From NCBI GenBank assembly GCA_963807605.1, contig CAWECG010000001.1:320001-384000 (forward strand): a stretch of DNA of 64,000 nucleotides. Direction: 5' to 3'. The position numbers and the translations under genes are program-made. Numbering within the stretch: position 1 is the stretch's first letter; the number at the start of each line of letters is the position of its first letter. Source of the DNA: Candidatus Bathyarchaeota archaeon (lineage in GTDB: Archaea; Thermoproteota; Bathyarchaeia; 40CM-2-53-6; RBG-13-38-9). The notes beneath the pieces are model-generated. The model was not told the DNA's origin and did not search any database. It saw only the letters and a program-made list of their open reading frames with translations. This document shows positions 52,190 to 61,541 of the stretch, in pieces.

Positions 52190-52858
52190 TTATTCTTTCG
52201 GATACCCAACTGCTTGAGCAAAAACGATTGGTTGATCTTCCCCCAGTTTCAAGCTGTCTTTCAGTGAAGCTCGGTCAATGTTAGCATAGAAGTGGGCGCC
52301 TAGCCCTTCGGAGGCGCAGTACAGGTACACATTCTGGCCGATAAACCCCGTGTGAGCGGCAGAATAAAGCTCCTTCTGGGACTGAGGAATCATTCCAAAT
52401 TTGGCGTAGTCCGCAACAAAGAGTAGATGTACCGGCGCTTCTTTCAAAAATTCCTCATTCGTCGCCTTTGTCCGAAGGTCTTCAGCCAGCACGGGTGTTA
52501 GCTGATTCCCTTTCGCATCATACAGATAAACCCCTTCAGGGAGGAGGACATAAATGTCAATCGCTTGAGTATTCATGGCTGTTGGAGCAGTACGCTTACC
52601 TGAATCCTGACGATTAATACCCCACGCTGCCCATAGCAGATCCAGAAGTTTTTCATTGGACAGTGGTTGCGGTTGAAACGCGTTTGTTGACTTTCTGTTT
52701 CTTAATGCTTCCGATAAGGTAGCAACCTTGGCTACCTGTCCGGAGGGCTGCCCATAGTATTGGTAAGCTTCATATCCAGCAATGGCTACAGCGCCTGCAG
52801 CAACAGCAGCGCCAGCATATTTCAGATACTTGCGACGACTAATCTTACGCTCACTCAA
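52190..52858 (-). CDS. SagB/nitroreductase family protein with Tat signal
   Basis: SRRKYLK, RKS, LLWAAWG, RTAPTA, QNVYL. Confidence 0.88.
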   Translation of the reverse strand: MSERKISRRKYLKYAGAAVAAGAVAIAGYEAYQYYGQPSGQVAKVATLSEALRNRKSTNAFQPQPLSNEKLLDLLWAAWGINRQDSGKRTAPTAMNTQAIDIYVLLPEGVYLYDAKGNQLTPVLAEDLRTKATNEEFLKEAPVHLLFVADYAKFGMIPQSQKELYSAAHTGFIGQNVYLYCASEGLGAHFYANIDRASLKDSLKLGEDQPIVFAQAVGYPKE

Positions 52859-53034
52859 TTAACATAACCTCATGTCTGGTTAGTCCATCTCTGGGGCTTA
52901 TTTAGCTTGATTGAATTCTTCTGGTTTCAGCTTAGGATGGGTTCTCTTTTCTATTCTTCCCATGATACTTCTATTTGGGGGGGCTTTCTTCGCTCCCAGT
53001 GGCTAGCGGAGCGTATTCCAGCTTCTTCTCGCCG

Positions 53035-53117
53035 GCGAGCGTAGCGAGCCATTAGATTATGTTGTGTGTGTGTGTGTGTGTGTGTGTGTGCTCACCAAGG
53101 GACACGATGCGCGCGCG
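53035..53117 (+). repeat. Composite site: GCGAGCGTAGCGAGC + (TG)14 + GTGTGCTCACCAAGGGACAC + GCGCGCGCG
   Basis: Direct reading. Confidence 0.85.
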
Positions 53118-53201
53118 TGATAGACCAGATAAAACCACCTTTGAACAAAATGTGCAAACCATGGAATCACAATCACCTTCCCAAATATCGATCGTTGCTA
53201 G

Positions 53202-53711
53202 CTAAGCTCTTGGAGTCACCAATGCTGGTCGTAGATCAAATGGACAGCAAACAAACCGGACCGGGCGTCTACGTCTTCTATCATCAACAAAGGCCTTCTC
53301 ATTCACATCTTGATCACTGAATCTTGACAACCAAGTCTGAGACATGCGCGTGCATTGCTGAAGCTGGTTCTGAAGGTTTTCTAGTCTCTTCAATTTCTCC
53401 AGCAAATTAGGTCTGCACCTGCAAGGCTGCTCAATCTCACGATGAGTTGCGAATAGACTACAATAATCACAATACATTATCTCAATATCCACACCCTTCA
53501 ATCTCGTAATCTTGTGTGACGGATGAGGATTCATCAAGACAACCTCCGGCGTAACTATCAACTGAGAGATCATAGGGAATAAAAGATAGAGAGAACAGCG
53601 AAAAGCCTCCAGCCAGTTTTCGACCGACTCAACATCAAAAAGGTGATTTCCTAGCTGGACAAGGGGAGAAATCGTCATGCACAAGCTAGACAAGACCACT
53701 GCAAAGCGCAA
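53202..53711 (-). CDS. Zinc-binding protein, paralog of 6085..6348 (likely start MNPHPSH)
   Basis: HKI...YCDYC..FATH.EIE.PC. Confidence 0.55.
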   Translation of the reverse strand: MRFAVVLSSLCMTISPLVQLGNHLFDVESVENWLEAFRCSLYLLFPMISQLIVTPEVVLMNPHPSHKITRLKGVDIEIMYCDYCSLFATHREIEQPCRCRPNLLEKLKRLENLQNQLQQCTRMSQTWLSRFSDQDVNEKAFVDDRRRRRPVRFVCCPFDLRPALVTPRA

Positions 53712-53732
53712 GATATGACGGATTCAAAAGTT

Positions 53733-53936
53733 CTATAGCGAGGGCGTGTGCGCGTGTCTTTCTGAATGCAATTGTCCACCCGTTGCCCAATTGCTCTTTG
53801 GCGCCTCATAAATGACGATCTCGACTGCTTCCTTGGGAACCCCTAAATCTTCAAAAACTTTAGTTATCCCTTCGACTGTTTTCTTCTTGTTCTCAGGGCG
53901 AATGCCCTCCCAAACAGAAACTTGAACTATTGGCAT
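53733..53936 (-). CDS. 4-oxalocrotonate tautomerase family
   Basis: N-terminal Pro, NWATGG; GGTGA RBS. Confidence 0.9.
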   Translation of the reverse strand: MPIVQVSVWEGIRPENKKKTVEGITKVFEDLGVPKEAVEIVIYEAPKSNWATGGQLHSERHAHTPSL

Positions 53937-54108
53937 TTCATTTTCACCTAAAATAACACTTTGCTATTTGGCCTAATCAATATGTTCCCTCAATAAAGCG
54001 CACGCGTAGACGGAGAGATCATCATGCACAAACTAGACAAGACCACAGCGAGCGCTCAACAAATATAAGTATGCGAAGTAAAAGCTGTAAAAATAGAAGG
54101 CTGATAGA

Positions 54109-55083
54109 ATGGAAACAAAACGTCCTGAACATGTGCGAACCATTAGTATTGAAGAGCATTTCTTTTCCACAGCGTTCAGTAGCACCATTAATAGTAGCAC
54201 GCCCATTGGATTACCATGGGCGCAGCTGACCGACTTGGGTGCTGGCCGCTTGAAAGACATGGATGCGGGTGGAATCGATCTCCAGGTCGTTTCCCATAAT
54301 GTGTTTTCTTTTGAGGGGGGCGACATCGTGCAGCGTGTTCAGGAAACAAATGATCAACTGGCTGCCGCGGTTAGAAAATATCCGACTCGTTTCGCAGGTT
54401 TTGCCACCCTGCCTATGACCAACCCGGAGGATGCGGCCAATGAACTGGAAAGGACAGTACGCTCGTTTGGATTTAAAGGCGCTATGATTAACGGCATAAC
54501 GAATGGACTTTTTCTAGATGATCCTTCATTCCTGCCTATTTTTGAGCGCGCCATCGCACTAAGCGTACCAATTTACCTGCATCCTGGTTTTCCACCCGCG
54601 CCAGTACGAGAGGTATACTATGCAGGTCCATTTGATCCTAGTGTGAACTTCATCTTATCGAGGCAAGGCTGGGGCTGGCATTCCGAGGTCGGACTGCATG
54701 CACTGCGGCTGATCATATCAGGTATCTTTGACCGCTTGCCAACATTGCAGATCATTATCGGACACATGGGAGAGATGATTCCTTTTATGCTCAGTCGTAT
54801 TGATGATACCCTTACACCAGTCGCTAAGCATCTGAAACACAAGGTATCAGAATACATCCACGGGAATTTTTATATCACGACCAGCGGTTTCTTTACGAAT
54901 CCGCCACTCTTGACTGCTCTACAAACTATAGGCTCCGATCGCATAATCTTCTCAGTTGATTATCCTTATAGCTCCAATGAGCAAGGGCGAGCGTTCCTGG
55001 ATAATGCTCCAATCAGTCCGGACGATAAGGCGAAAATCAGTCATCTCAATGCAGAGCGACTTCTGGGGCTCGCGAGAGAATAA
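54109..55083 (+). CDS. Amidohydrolase-2 family (aromatic acid decarboxylase-like)
   Basis: EEH, YLHP, GHMGE, FSVDYP. Confidence 0.9.
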   Translation: METKRPEHVRTISIEEHFFSTAFSSTINSSTPIGLPWAQLTDLGAGRLKDMDAGGIDLQVVSHNVFSFEGGDIVQRVQETNDQLAAAVRKYPTRFAGFATLPMTNPEDAANELERTVRSFGFKGAMINGITNGLFLDDPSFLPIFERAIALSVPIYLHPGFPPAPVREVYYAGPFDPSVNFILSRQGWGWHSEVGLHALRLIISGIFDRLPTLQIIIGHMGEMIPFMLSRIDDTLTPVAKHLKHKVSEYIHGNFYITTSGFFTNPPLLTALQTIGSDRIIFSVDYPYSSNEQGRAFLDNAPISPDDKAKISHLNAERLLGLARE

Positions 55084-55228
55084 TTGGACCAACGTGAGGA
55101 TTCGAACAGCGCGCGCTAGCCGTATTGGGCGCTGACGCCCGCGGGACAGAAGGAGTAGGCGTTCACCCTATGAAGAATATTCTTCTGAACCCTGACAGCG
55201 CGCGCTCACCCATTTTTATTCTCTATCT

Positions 55229-55879
55229 TTAAGGCCCACCTGTGAAATATGCCATGACAGTGTGATCATAGTTCATCACGATTGTAACCGAGGCAGAGGG
55301 GGCGTAATTAACACCGTCAATAGTCCAGTAGCTTAAGGCATAGCCGTTATTGGGGTAGGCGGTTACCGTCACAACTGATCCAGCAGAATACGAGTAAGTC
55401 CCAATTGATGGAGAGGTAACACCCTGTCCGCTAGTGTATATCGTAAGCTGAGCCGTTACCATTAAGCCGTTGTTATAGAGGTTCCAATTGTAAGGGTGAT
55501 GAGTAACGCGCGTGCGCGCTAAACTGGGGGTAGCCCCGCCAATTGTTGCTTGGGCCTGCGTCGGAGTCGTTATCACGTTCCAAGACTTGGTCCCGCTCAA
55601 AGACTTGGTTCCGCTCCAATGTGTGGGTGCGGAGAAGTTTCCATGCGTGGGATAGGTCGTGTTAAGGATTCTACCCTCGTTTGGTTTCGTTTTATCTGGC
55701 GCTGCATTTACTGTCGCTACAAGTGTGGCGCTCGTCGCTAGCGCCGAACCTATAACTACTACGATCATCACTGCTACCGTAAGTGGGGCGATCTTAATTT
55801 TTGCTCTCATTTTTCCCACCATACTGTAATAATAATGGATATCTAGGTATGTGGGTTGTGGAACTTTGTGAGTGAACAA
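55229..55879 (-). CDS. Secreted protein with InlB B-repeat-like C-terminal domain, possibly chimeric at 55507-55519
   Basis: Signal-like segment; GSVVTVTAYPNNGY..SYWTIDG. Confidence 0.55.
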   Translation of the reverse strand: MFTHKVPQPTYLDIHYYYSMVGKMRAKIKIAPLTVAVMIVVVIGSALATSATLVATVNAAPDKTKPNEGRILNTTYPTHGNFSAPTHWSGTKSLSGTKSWNVITTPTQAQATIGGATPSLARTRVTHHPYNWNLYNNGLMVTAQLTIYTSGQGVTSPSIGTYSYSAGSVVTVTAYPNNGYALSYWTIDGVNYAPSASVTIVMNYDHTVMAYFTGGP

Positions 55880-55980
55880 TGTTAACTTACTAGTTATGTA
55901 AGAGTGCGCGCGTCCACAAAGAACCGGCGTCTCCTAGACTTCTTATGGGTCTTTCCGGTATCCTTTCGATCTTCTTGATT

Positions 55981-56036
55981 GTGTGTGCCTTAGCTGGTGA
56001 GCACACACACTAAAACGACTGGCTCGCTACACTCGC
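55981..56036 (-). repeat. Composite site (GCGAGTGTAGCGAGC...GTGTGCTCACCAGCTAAGGCACAC)
   Basis: Direct reading. Confidence 0.8.
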
Positions 56037-56090
56037 CGTCGATACTCAGACAAAGAACAGACTCTGAAGTTTTTCTAATAAGCCCCAAGC

Positions 56091-57545
56091 TTATCCAGTT
56101 TGTTTTGTGCCACATTGACTGCAGAATTCAGAGCCAGGAGATAATTCGGCTCCACACTTGACGCAGGAAGTGGGAACTTCTACAAACTGCTGACTTAGCG
56201 TCGCTTGTTTGGGTCTATGCGTGATTCTTGATTCTCGTCTCCGAAGGAAAACCAAAACGACAACAGCAGCTACAACTACTCCCACGATTCCATAAATGTA
56301 TAAGTTGTCAATCACGAACCCCCCAATCGCTACGGCAGGAACATCCTCTCCGTTAGCGATTGCTTCTTGTGACAGTTTGATGTACCTGTCCGCGTAAGGG
56401 CTGCCAGGATACAGTGTCTGGACCTCTTGAAATTGCTGGATCGCTAGTGAGTAGTGCTGATTCCAGTAGTAATTGAGCCCCTGCGCCCAGTAAGTATCTA
56501 TTGGTCCTCTGGTATTCTGCACGTTTACCTGGCTCATGAAGATTTTTGCAACATTTATTGGTATTAAAAAGTTCACGTTGCTCAGTTCGCCCCCTCCCAC
56601 AGGGTTTCCCGTTCCAAGGGTAGCTATTCCGATAACGTTTCCTTGAGCGTCGATTACCGGTCCGCCGCTGTTCCCATGATGGATTGATGCGTCAGTCTGA
56701 ATGAAGGTGATTTGGCCCTGACTCGTCTGGGCTGGCTTCAATGCGCTGACGGTTCCCTGAGTTATCGTCGGTTCAAGGCTCTCCAGCGAATTTCCTGAAG
56801 ATTGGGCTTGAGACACTATGCCGGGGTATCCGATGACCACTAATGGTTCTCCAACTTGGACTGTTTCCGAGTCTCCGAGACGTATAGTCGGCAAGCTGTA
56901 ATCTACATTTACCTTGATAATGGCTACATCCATCGCACCGACTTGGCCGTTGGTTACTACATTCGCGATAGCTGCATTAGCTACGATCTTTGTAATGGGC
57001 CCGTTGGATTGGGAAAGCGGGAACACGACAGCGTCGAGCACCTGCTCGTTGGTGAATTTCCCATTTGTAAGAAAGTACTGTTCAAAGGCTGCTTCAATGT
57101 TGTTGTACTGGTCTTGAGTAATCTGCCCGTTCGTCACAAGAGACTGGTAATTCTGGGCACATTGTTGGGCGAGAGAACTTATGTACTCTGCCTGGCTTTC
57201 TTGGGAGGTTGCAACATGGGCGTTTGTTACTATGTAACCGTCTGGCGTGACTATGAAGCCTGACCCCCAGGCCCCCCGTTTGAGACTGGGAGGTTAAATA
57301 CTTCAGCTGGTGAATATGGTTTCACAACATAATTACCCTGGCTGTCCGTACTGAGGGCGGTGTCATATTTGGGACCTGTGAAGTTGGCTGTATACTGATT
57401 GTAGATTAGGACCACAGCCGGTTCGTTCAGATTGGCAATCATCTCCGTGGTCGTAGGCTCGGAGCGGTTTTGGGCAGAGACTTGCCCGACCGCTGAGAAA
57501 TACGTGAGCGTTAAACCCAGCAGTACTATTAATGCAACTTTCAGT
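56091..57545 (-). pseudogene. Trypsin-like (HtrA-type) membrane serine protease, frameshifted in G6/G5 tracts near 57270
   Basis: GSGFIV..TNAHV, DVAIIK, GNSGGP, TM and zinc ribbon; split into ORFs 57251..57442 and 56091..57137. Confidence 0.8.
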
Positions 57546-57870
57546 CTTAGCGTATCGAGACGATCCTTTGAAGATTTAGTTTGATATTTGTACTTAACCT
57601 TCCCATGAAATTAGTATTATGTTTTATCCCCAACATCTTTCAGTATGTTTAGGTCTTTGAAGTATACGTCAGCTGGGTAGAGATAACCTACCCCTTGGCG
57701 TGGTCGCTGGTAGTTCCAGTAGTTCACGAACTGTTGATGGGTCGGATACATCCAGGCTTCGTATTGGTAGGCTTTGGAAGGCTTCTATCTTTCCTATGGT
57801 TGATGGCGCGCGCGTAAAGACTATAATACGCGTCAAGGGCGAATCACAGCCACAAGGAAGTAAAAGCAAG

Positions 57871-58712
57871 ATGAACTGGAAAATCCATGTCTTGTATTTA
57901 GGAGAGCTAACCACTCCTAAAGGGCTTTTCACACCAGGCCTCGACGCGAACCTACTTCTTAAAGTGCCATACCTTGGATATCTACTAGTTTCCGGGTCGA
58001 GAAAGAATTCCTTGTGGACACCGGTATCAACTCGCGTTTCGTCATCGAAAAAGCATGGGCCGGAGCTCCTGCAAAAGGGGGAGAGAAATTTCTCCTCGAT
58101 GCATTGGAGAAAAATGTTGCCCGCACTGAAGAGATCGAGGCAGTAATCTACACTCATCTACACAACGATCATGCGGGGAACTGCCATCTCTTCCCTATGG
58201 CCCGACATGTTTTTCATTACGACGAATGGGGTGAATTAGTAGACCCACTTCCCTCGATGCGGATCCGAAAACTCTTCGACCCCGACGTCATTCCTGTTCT
58301 TCAAAAATCTCGCTGCCTCAAAATAACTGATGACGGCGAGTTTACAGAAGGTATTCGACTTTACCACACCCCCGGTCACACCATCGGGGGACTGACCGTA
58401 GCAGTGGATACTTCCAATGGGACATACATCATCCCCGGAGATATCGTGAATATCTATCAGAATCTCTTCCCCAAAATGTCGTGGATGTTAGATCTTCAAG
58501 CAAAACGCATCAAGACAACACCCGCTCCAGAACCTTACGGCCCATTAGGCGTCCCCTCTGGGCTTGTGTACGATCACTATGCATGGTATCGGAGTATCTG
58601 GAAAATCCGCGGTATGCTCAAAAGCCCAAAGCACCTGTTGCCCTGCCACGAACCCGCAATATCAGGCAAAACCTTCCCAGGCGATTCAATAGACCTCGAG
58701 ATTCCTGAATGA
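57871..58712 (+). pseudogene. MBL-fold N-acyl homoserine lactonase family, 1-bp frameshift near 58010
   Basis: MNWKIHVL..PYLGYLL / VDTG..THLHNDHAGN..TPGHT..PGD. Confidence 0.8.
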
Positions 58713-58957
58713 GAGAAAACATAGGGAGCGCTGAATTAATCATCAACACGATCAGTTTCAAGATTCCATATCGTTTGAAGCCTGAAGATCTATGGTGCAT
58801 TTGAATTAGCTTCTGCGTGAGAGCAGCGCGCGCTACGCTAAGAAATAGTGGAATCAGTCCCTTGGTGGGCACACACCAACTAATCCAATCTGTCGCTAGT
58901 GCTTATTACGCGCACAAGTTTGTTCTCACCGACATGGCAGCAAAGACACGAATACTC

Positions 58958-59773
58958 TCATAGGCCATCAGAACGCCCACCGTTTAATGGGATTACTGAG
59001 CCATTCATGTATGATGATTCTTCGCTGCATAAGAATAATATGACATTGGCAACATCTTTCGGCTTACCAATTCCTAGTGGGATGCGTGATTCATAGTACT
59101 TCATCCATTTTCCATCATCTTTGAGGCGCAAATCATCATTCATAGGGGTATCAATTATAGTAGGCATCACCACATGTGTTTTTACGTTGTATTGAATCAG
59201 TTCTTTCGCAGCGGTCTTAGCCATTCCTATAACTCCTGCTTTTGATGCGCTGTATGCAATTTGACCTATATTTCCCTCGGCAGCTGTACTGCTAATACAG
59301 ATAATGCGTTTGTCAGGAAATGTTCGCGGAGGCGGAACTGGTTTTCCACTAGCCTTTGAGGTTTTTATCTGAGCGTCAGGCTCCTTGATCCACTTCTTCA
59401 CACACGTTTGCATGAACAAGAAGAGACCTTTAAGATTTGTATCGACCACATCACCAAAAGTCTCTTCCGAAATCTTGGCAATCATACCATCCTTCCTGAT
59501 GCCAGCACAGGCGACAAGATAATCAAGGTCACCAAACCTATCAAATACCTTATCCACACAAGCTTCAACATCGTCTTTTTTCCTTACGTCACCAGTAAAT
59601 GCGATGCATTCGCTGCAGTGTTTTTTTATTTCTCTGCGGGCTGATTCAACAGTTTCACCATTTACATCAAATATGGCAACTTTCGCTCCTCTCATCGCAA
59701 ACTGGATAGCTGTCTCTTTTCCTATGCCGCTGGCCCCACCTGTGATTAGAACAACTTTATTCTCAAAGCCCAT
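58958..59773 (-). CDS. SDR family oxidoreductase (FabG-like)
   Basis: TGGASGIG, YSASK. Confidence 0.9.
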   Translation of the reverse strand: MGFENKVVLITGGASGIGKETAIQFAMRGAKVAIFDVNGETVESARREIKKHCSECIAFTGDVRKKDDVEACVDKVFDRFGDLDYLVACAGIRKDGMIAKISEETFGDVVDTNLKGLFLFMQTCVKKWIKEPDAQIKTSKASGKPVPPPRTFPDKRIICISSTAAEGNIGQIAYSASKAGVIGMAKTAAKELIQYNVKTHVVMPTIIDTPMNDDLRLKDDGKWMKYYESRIPLGIGKPKDVANVILFLCSEESSYMNGSVIPLNGGRSDGL

Positions 59774-60134
59774 TGGTTTGGCCTCCCGTCTTAATGCATC
59801 GATTGAAGTATGCTTATCCGTATTTATTATCACTCTTTCACTCGTCTCTCTCGTTTATGCTGGAAGGATGCTGTTCTTCAGTGTTTGTCCCATAGCTGGT
59901 GCGACTAGAAACTTTCAGGTAAATGTTTACGATTTCAAGAAGAAATACTATGGGAGAACTGCAAGGCCCTAGAAGTTAGTTTGACGAACTATCCCACTGT
60001 GTTATGAATCACCAGAAGCAAACCAAGGAATCGCACATCTAATCTCATAATGTAGAGAGGAGAGAGGGGTTTCAGGAGATTCTTCCCTGACATGCATGAG
60101 AGGGATACCTGAGCAGGATAGGGATAGGATATTC

Positions 60135-60220
60135 TGTGTGTGTGCCTTATCTGGTGAGAGCATCCGGATTTGAACCTTTAGAGCAGGTTAATTTTCTTGT
60201 GATGCTGGAAAATAGCGCGC
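60135..60220 (-). repeat. tRNA-like core site followed by GCGCGC
   Basis: Minus strand GGTTCAAAT-ccggatgctctc-ACCAGATAAGGCACAC. Confidence 0.8.
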
Positions 60221-60472
60221 TCTACACCGGCCATTAAGATGGTTTTGAAGAAGCGAGGTCATCGGACTTACCCATACATGTTCTCGCTTCTCAGATTCTT
60301 AGCGCGTCGCTATGTTTTCATCGCCTTTAAGGGCTCAGGGCAAGCGTAAATCATGTCTTACAGATATTGTGTGAGTCAGCCCGCGCTGCACAAGGGATAA
60401 ATGATTGCGGGAACCTTTTGGATTTGACTAGAAAGCGCGCGTCGAGACCGTGACTTCGCTAATAGGAGGTTT

Positions 60473-61123
60473 GTGATGGAAGTTCTTGAGGCAATTAAAA
60501 AGAGAAGAACAATACGAGCGTTCACGAAAAGAGCTACCGAAGAGCAAGTGCGAAGGTTGCTACTTGCTGGTGTGCAAGCACCCTCCGGTTCGAATGTTCA
60601 GCCCTGGGAATTTATAATCATTGATGATCCCACGATTATTGAACAAATCGCGGAGGCTAAATATCAACAGACTCTAAAAATGGATATTGACGATGCGGTA
60701 CTCGAAAACCCGGCTGCCATTGAACAGATTCATCAGCAGTCTCTCAAGACTCCTCTTTCGCTAGTTAGAGCAACAAGACAGAAAAACGCTTATCAAAACT
60801 GTGCAGTGATCGCGGTCTGCAACAAAAAGGGGCACGGTATCGGACGAAAACCCTGGATGAATGTTGAGAATATAGCCAGCACGTGGATGTGCATCCAGAA
60901 TATCGCTTTGGCAGCAACCGCTGAGGGATTGGGTGTTCAGATTTCTATTCTTCGCGAGGAACACCAGATAGCCGTGGAAAAGCTCTTGGGCATCCCTGAT
61001 GACCACGAACTGGCCACTATGATAATGATAGGCGTGCCGGCAGGAATCCCCAACCGAAGAGAGTTTGGAGCGGATCGGCCGGAGTTTAGCTGGCTTCACC
61101 GGAATCGCTTCAGCACAGATTAA
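60473..61123 (+). CDS. Nitroreductase family protein
   Basis: RRTIRAF, APSGSNVQPWEF, QNIALAATAEGLG. Confidence 0.9.
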   Translation: MMEVLEAIKKRRTIRAFTKRATEEQVRRLLLAGVQAPSGSNVQPWEFIIIDDPTIIEQIAEAKYQQTLKMDIDDAVLENPAAIEQIHQQSLKTPLSLVRATRQKNAYQNCAVIAVCNKKGHGIGRKPWMNVENIASTWMCIQNIALAATAEGLGVQISILREEHQIAVEKLLGIPDDHELATMIMIGVPAGIPNRREFGADRPEFSWLHRNRFSTD

Positions 61124-61541
61124 AGTTTACCTGCGTCAATGGTTTAGGTGAAAATCTGACGGCATGCTTGACGCAGTATTTCTTAAGCTCTCTACCATTA
61201 AGCCTGTTTTCAAACCTGTTCAGCTTAACCCACAGGTGATTCAAAGTTTCAAGCCGGAAGTGCTTTCTTGAGAAATTCCAGATTTTCCCCCTAAACATCA
61301 TTTTCCTGTAGAACGCCCGGATCTCTGAAGTCTGCACTTCCAGCTCAGACCATCATGGATCCTTCCTCGAATAAGAAACAGAGAGGAGAATGAATGTCCA
61401 GAGAGGGAAAAGTGTACGTCTACTCTCAGCTGGCGGTTTGACGGTCAAAACTGCTGGATGCTAGGTGTTCAAGCGGCCATTCTTAGGGCATTTGCAAATC
61501 GAGGATGTCGGCGAGGTTGTAATGCCAACAAGTAAGCGCGC

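Noticed and set aside
47505-54551. GCGCGC at 47505 and 54546 as junctions
   Set aside because: Both lie inside intact coding sequences and are compatible with chance hexamers
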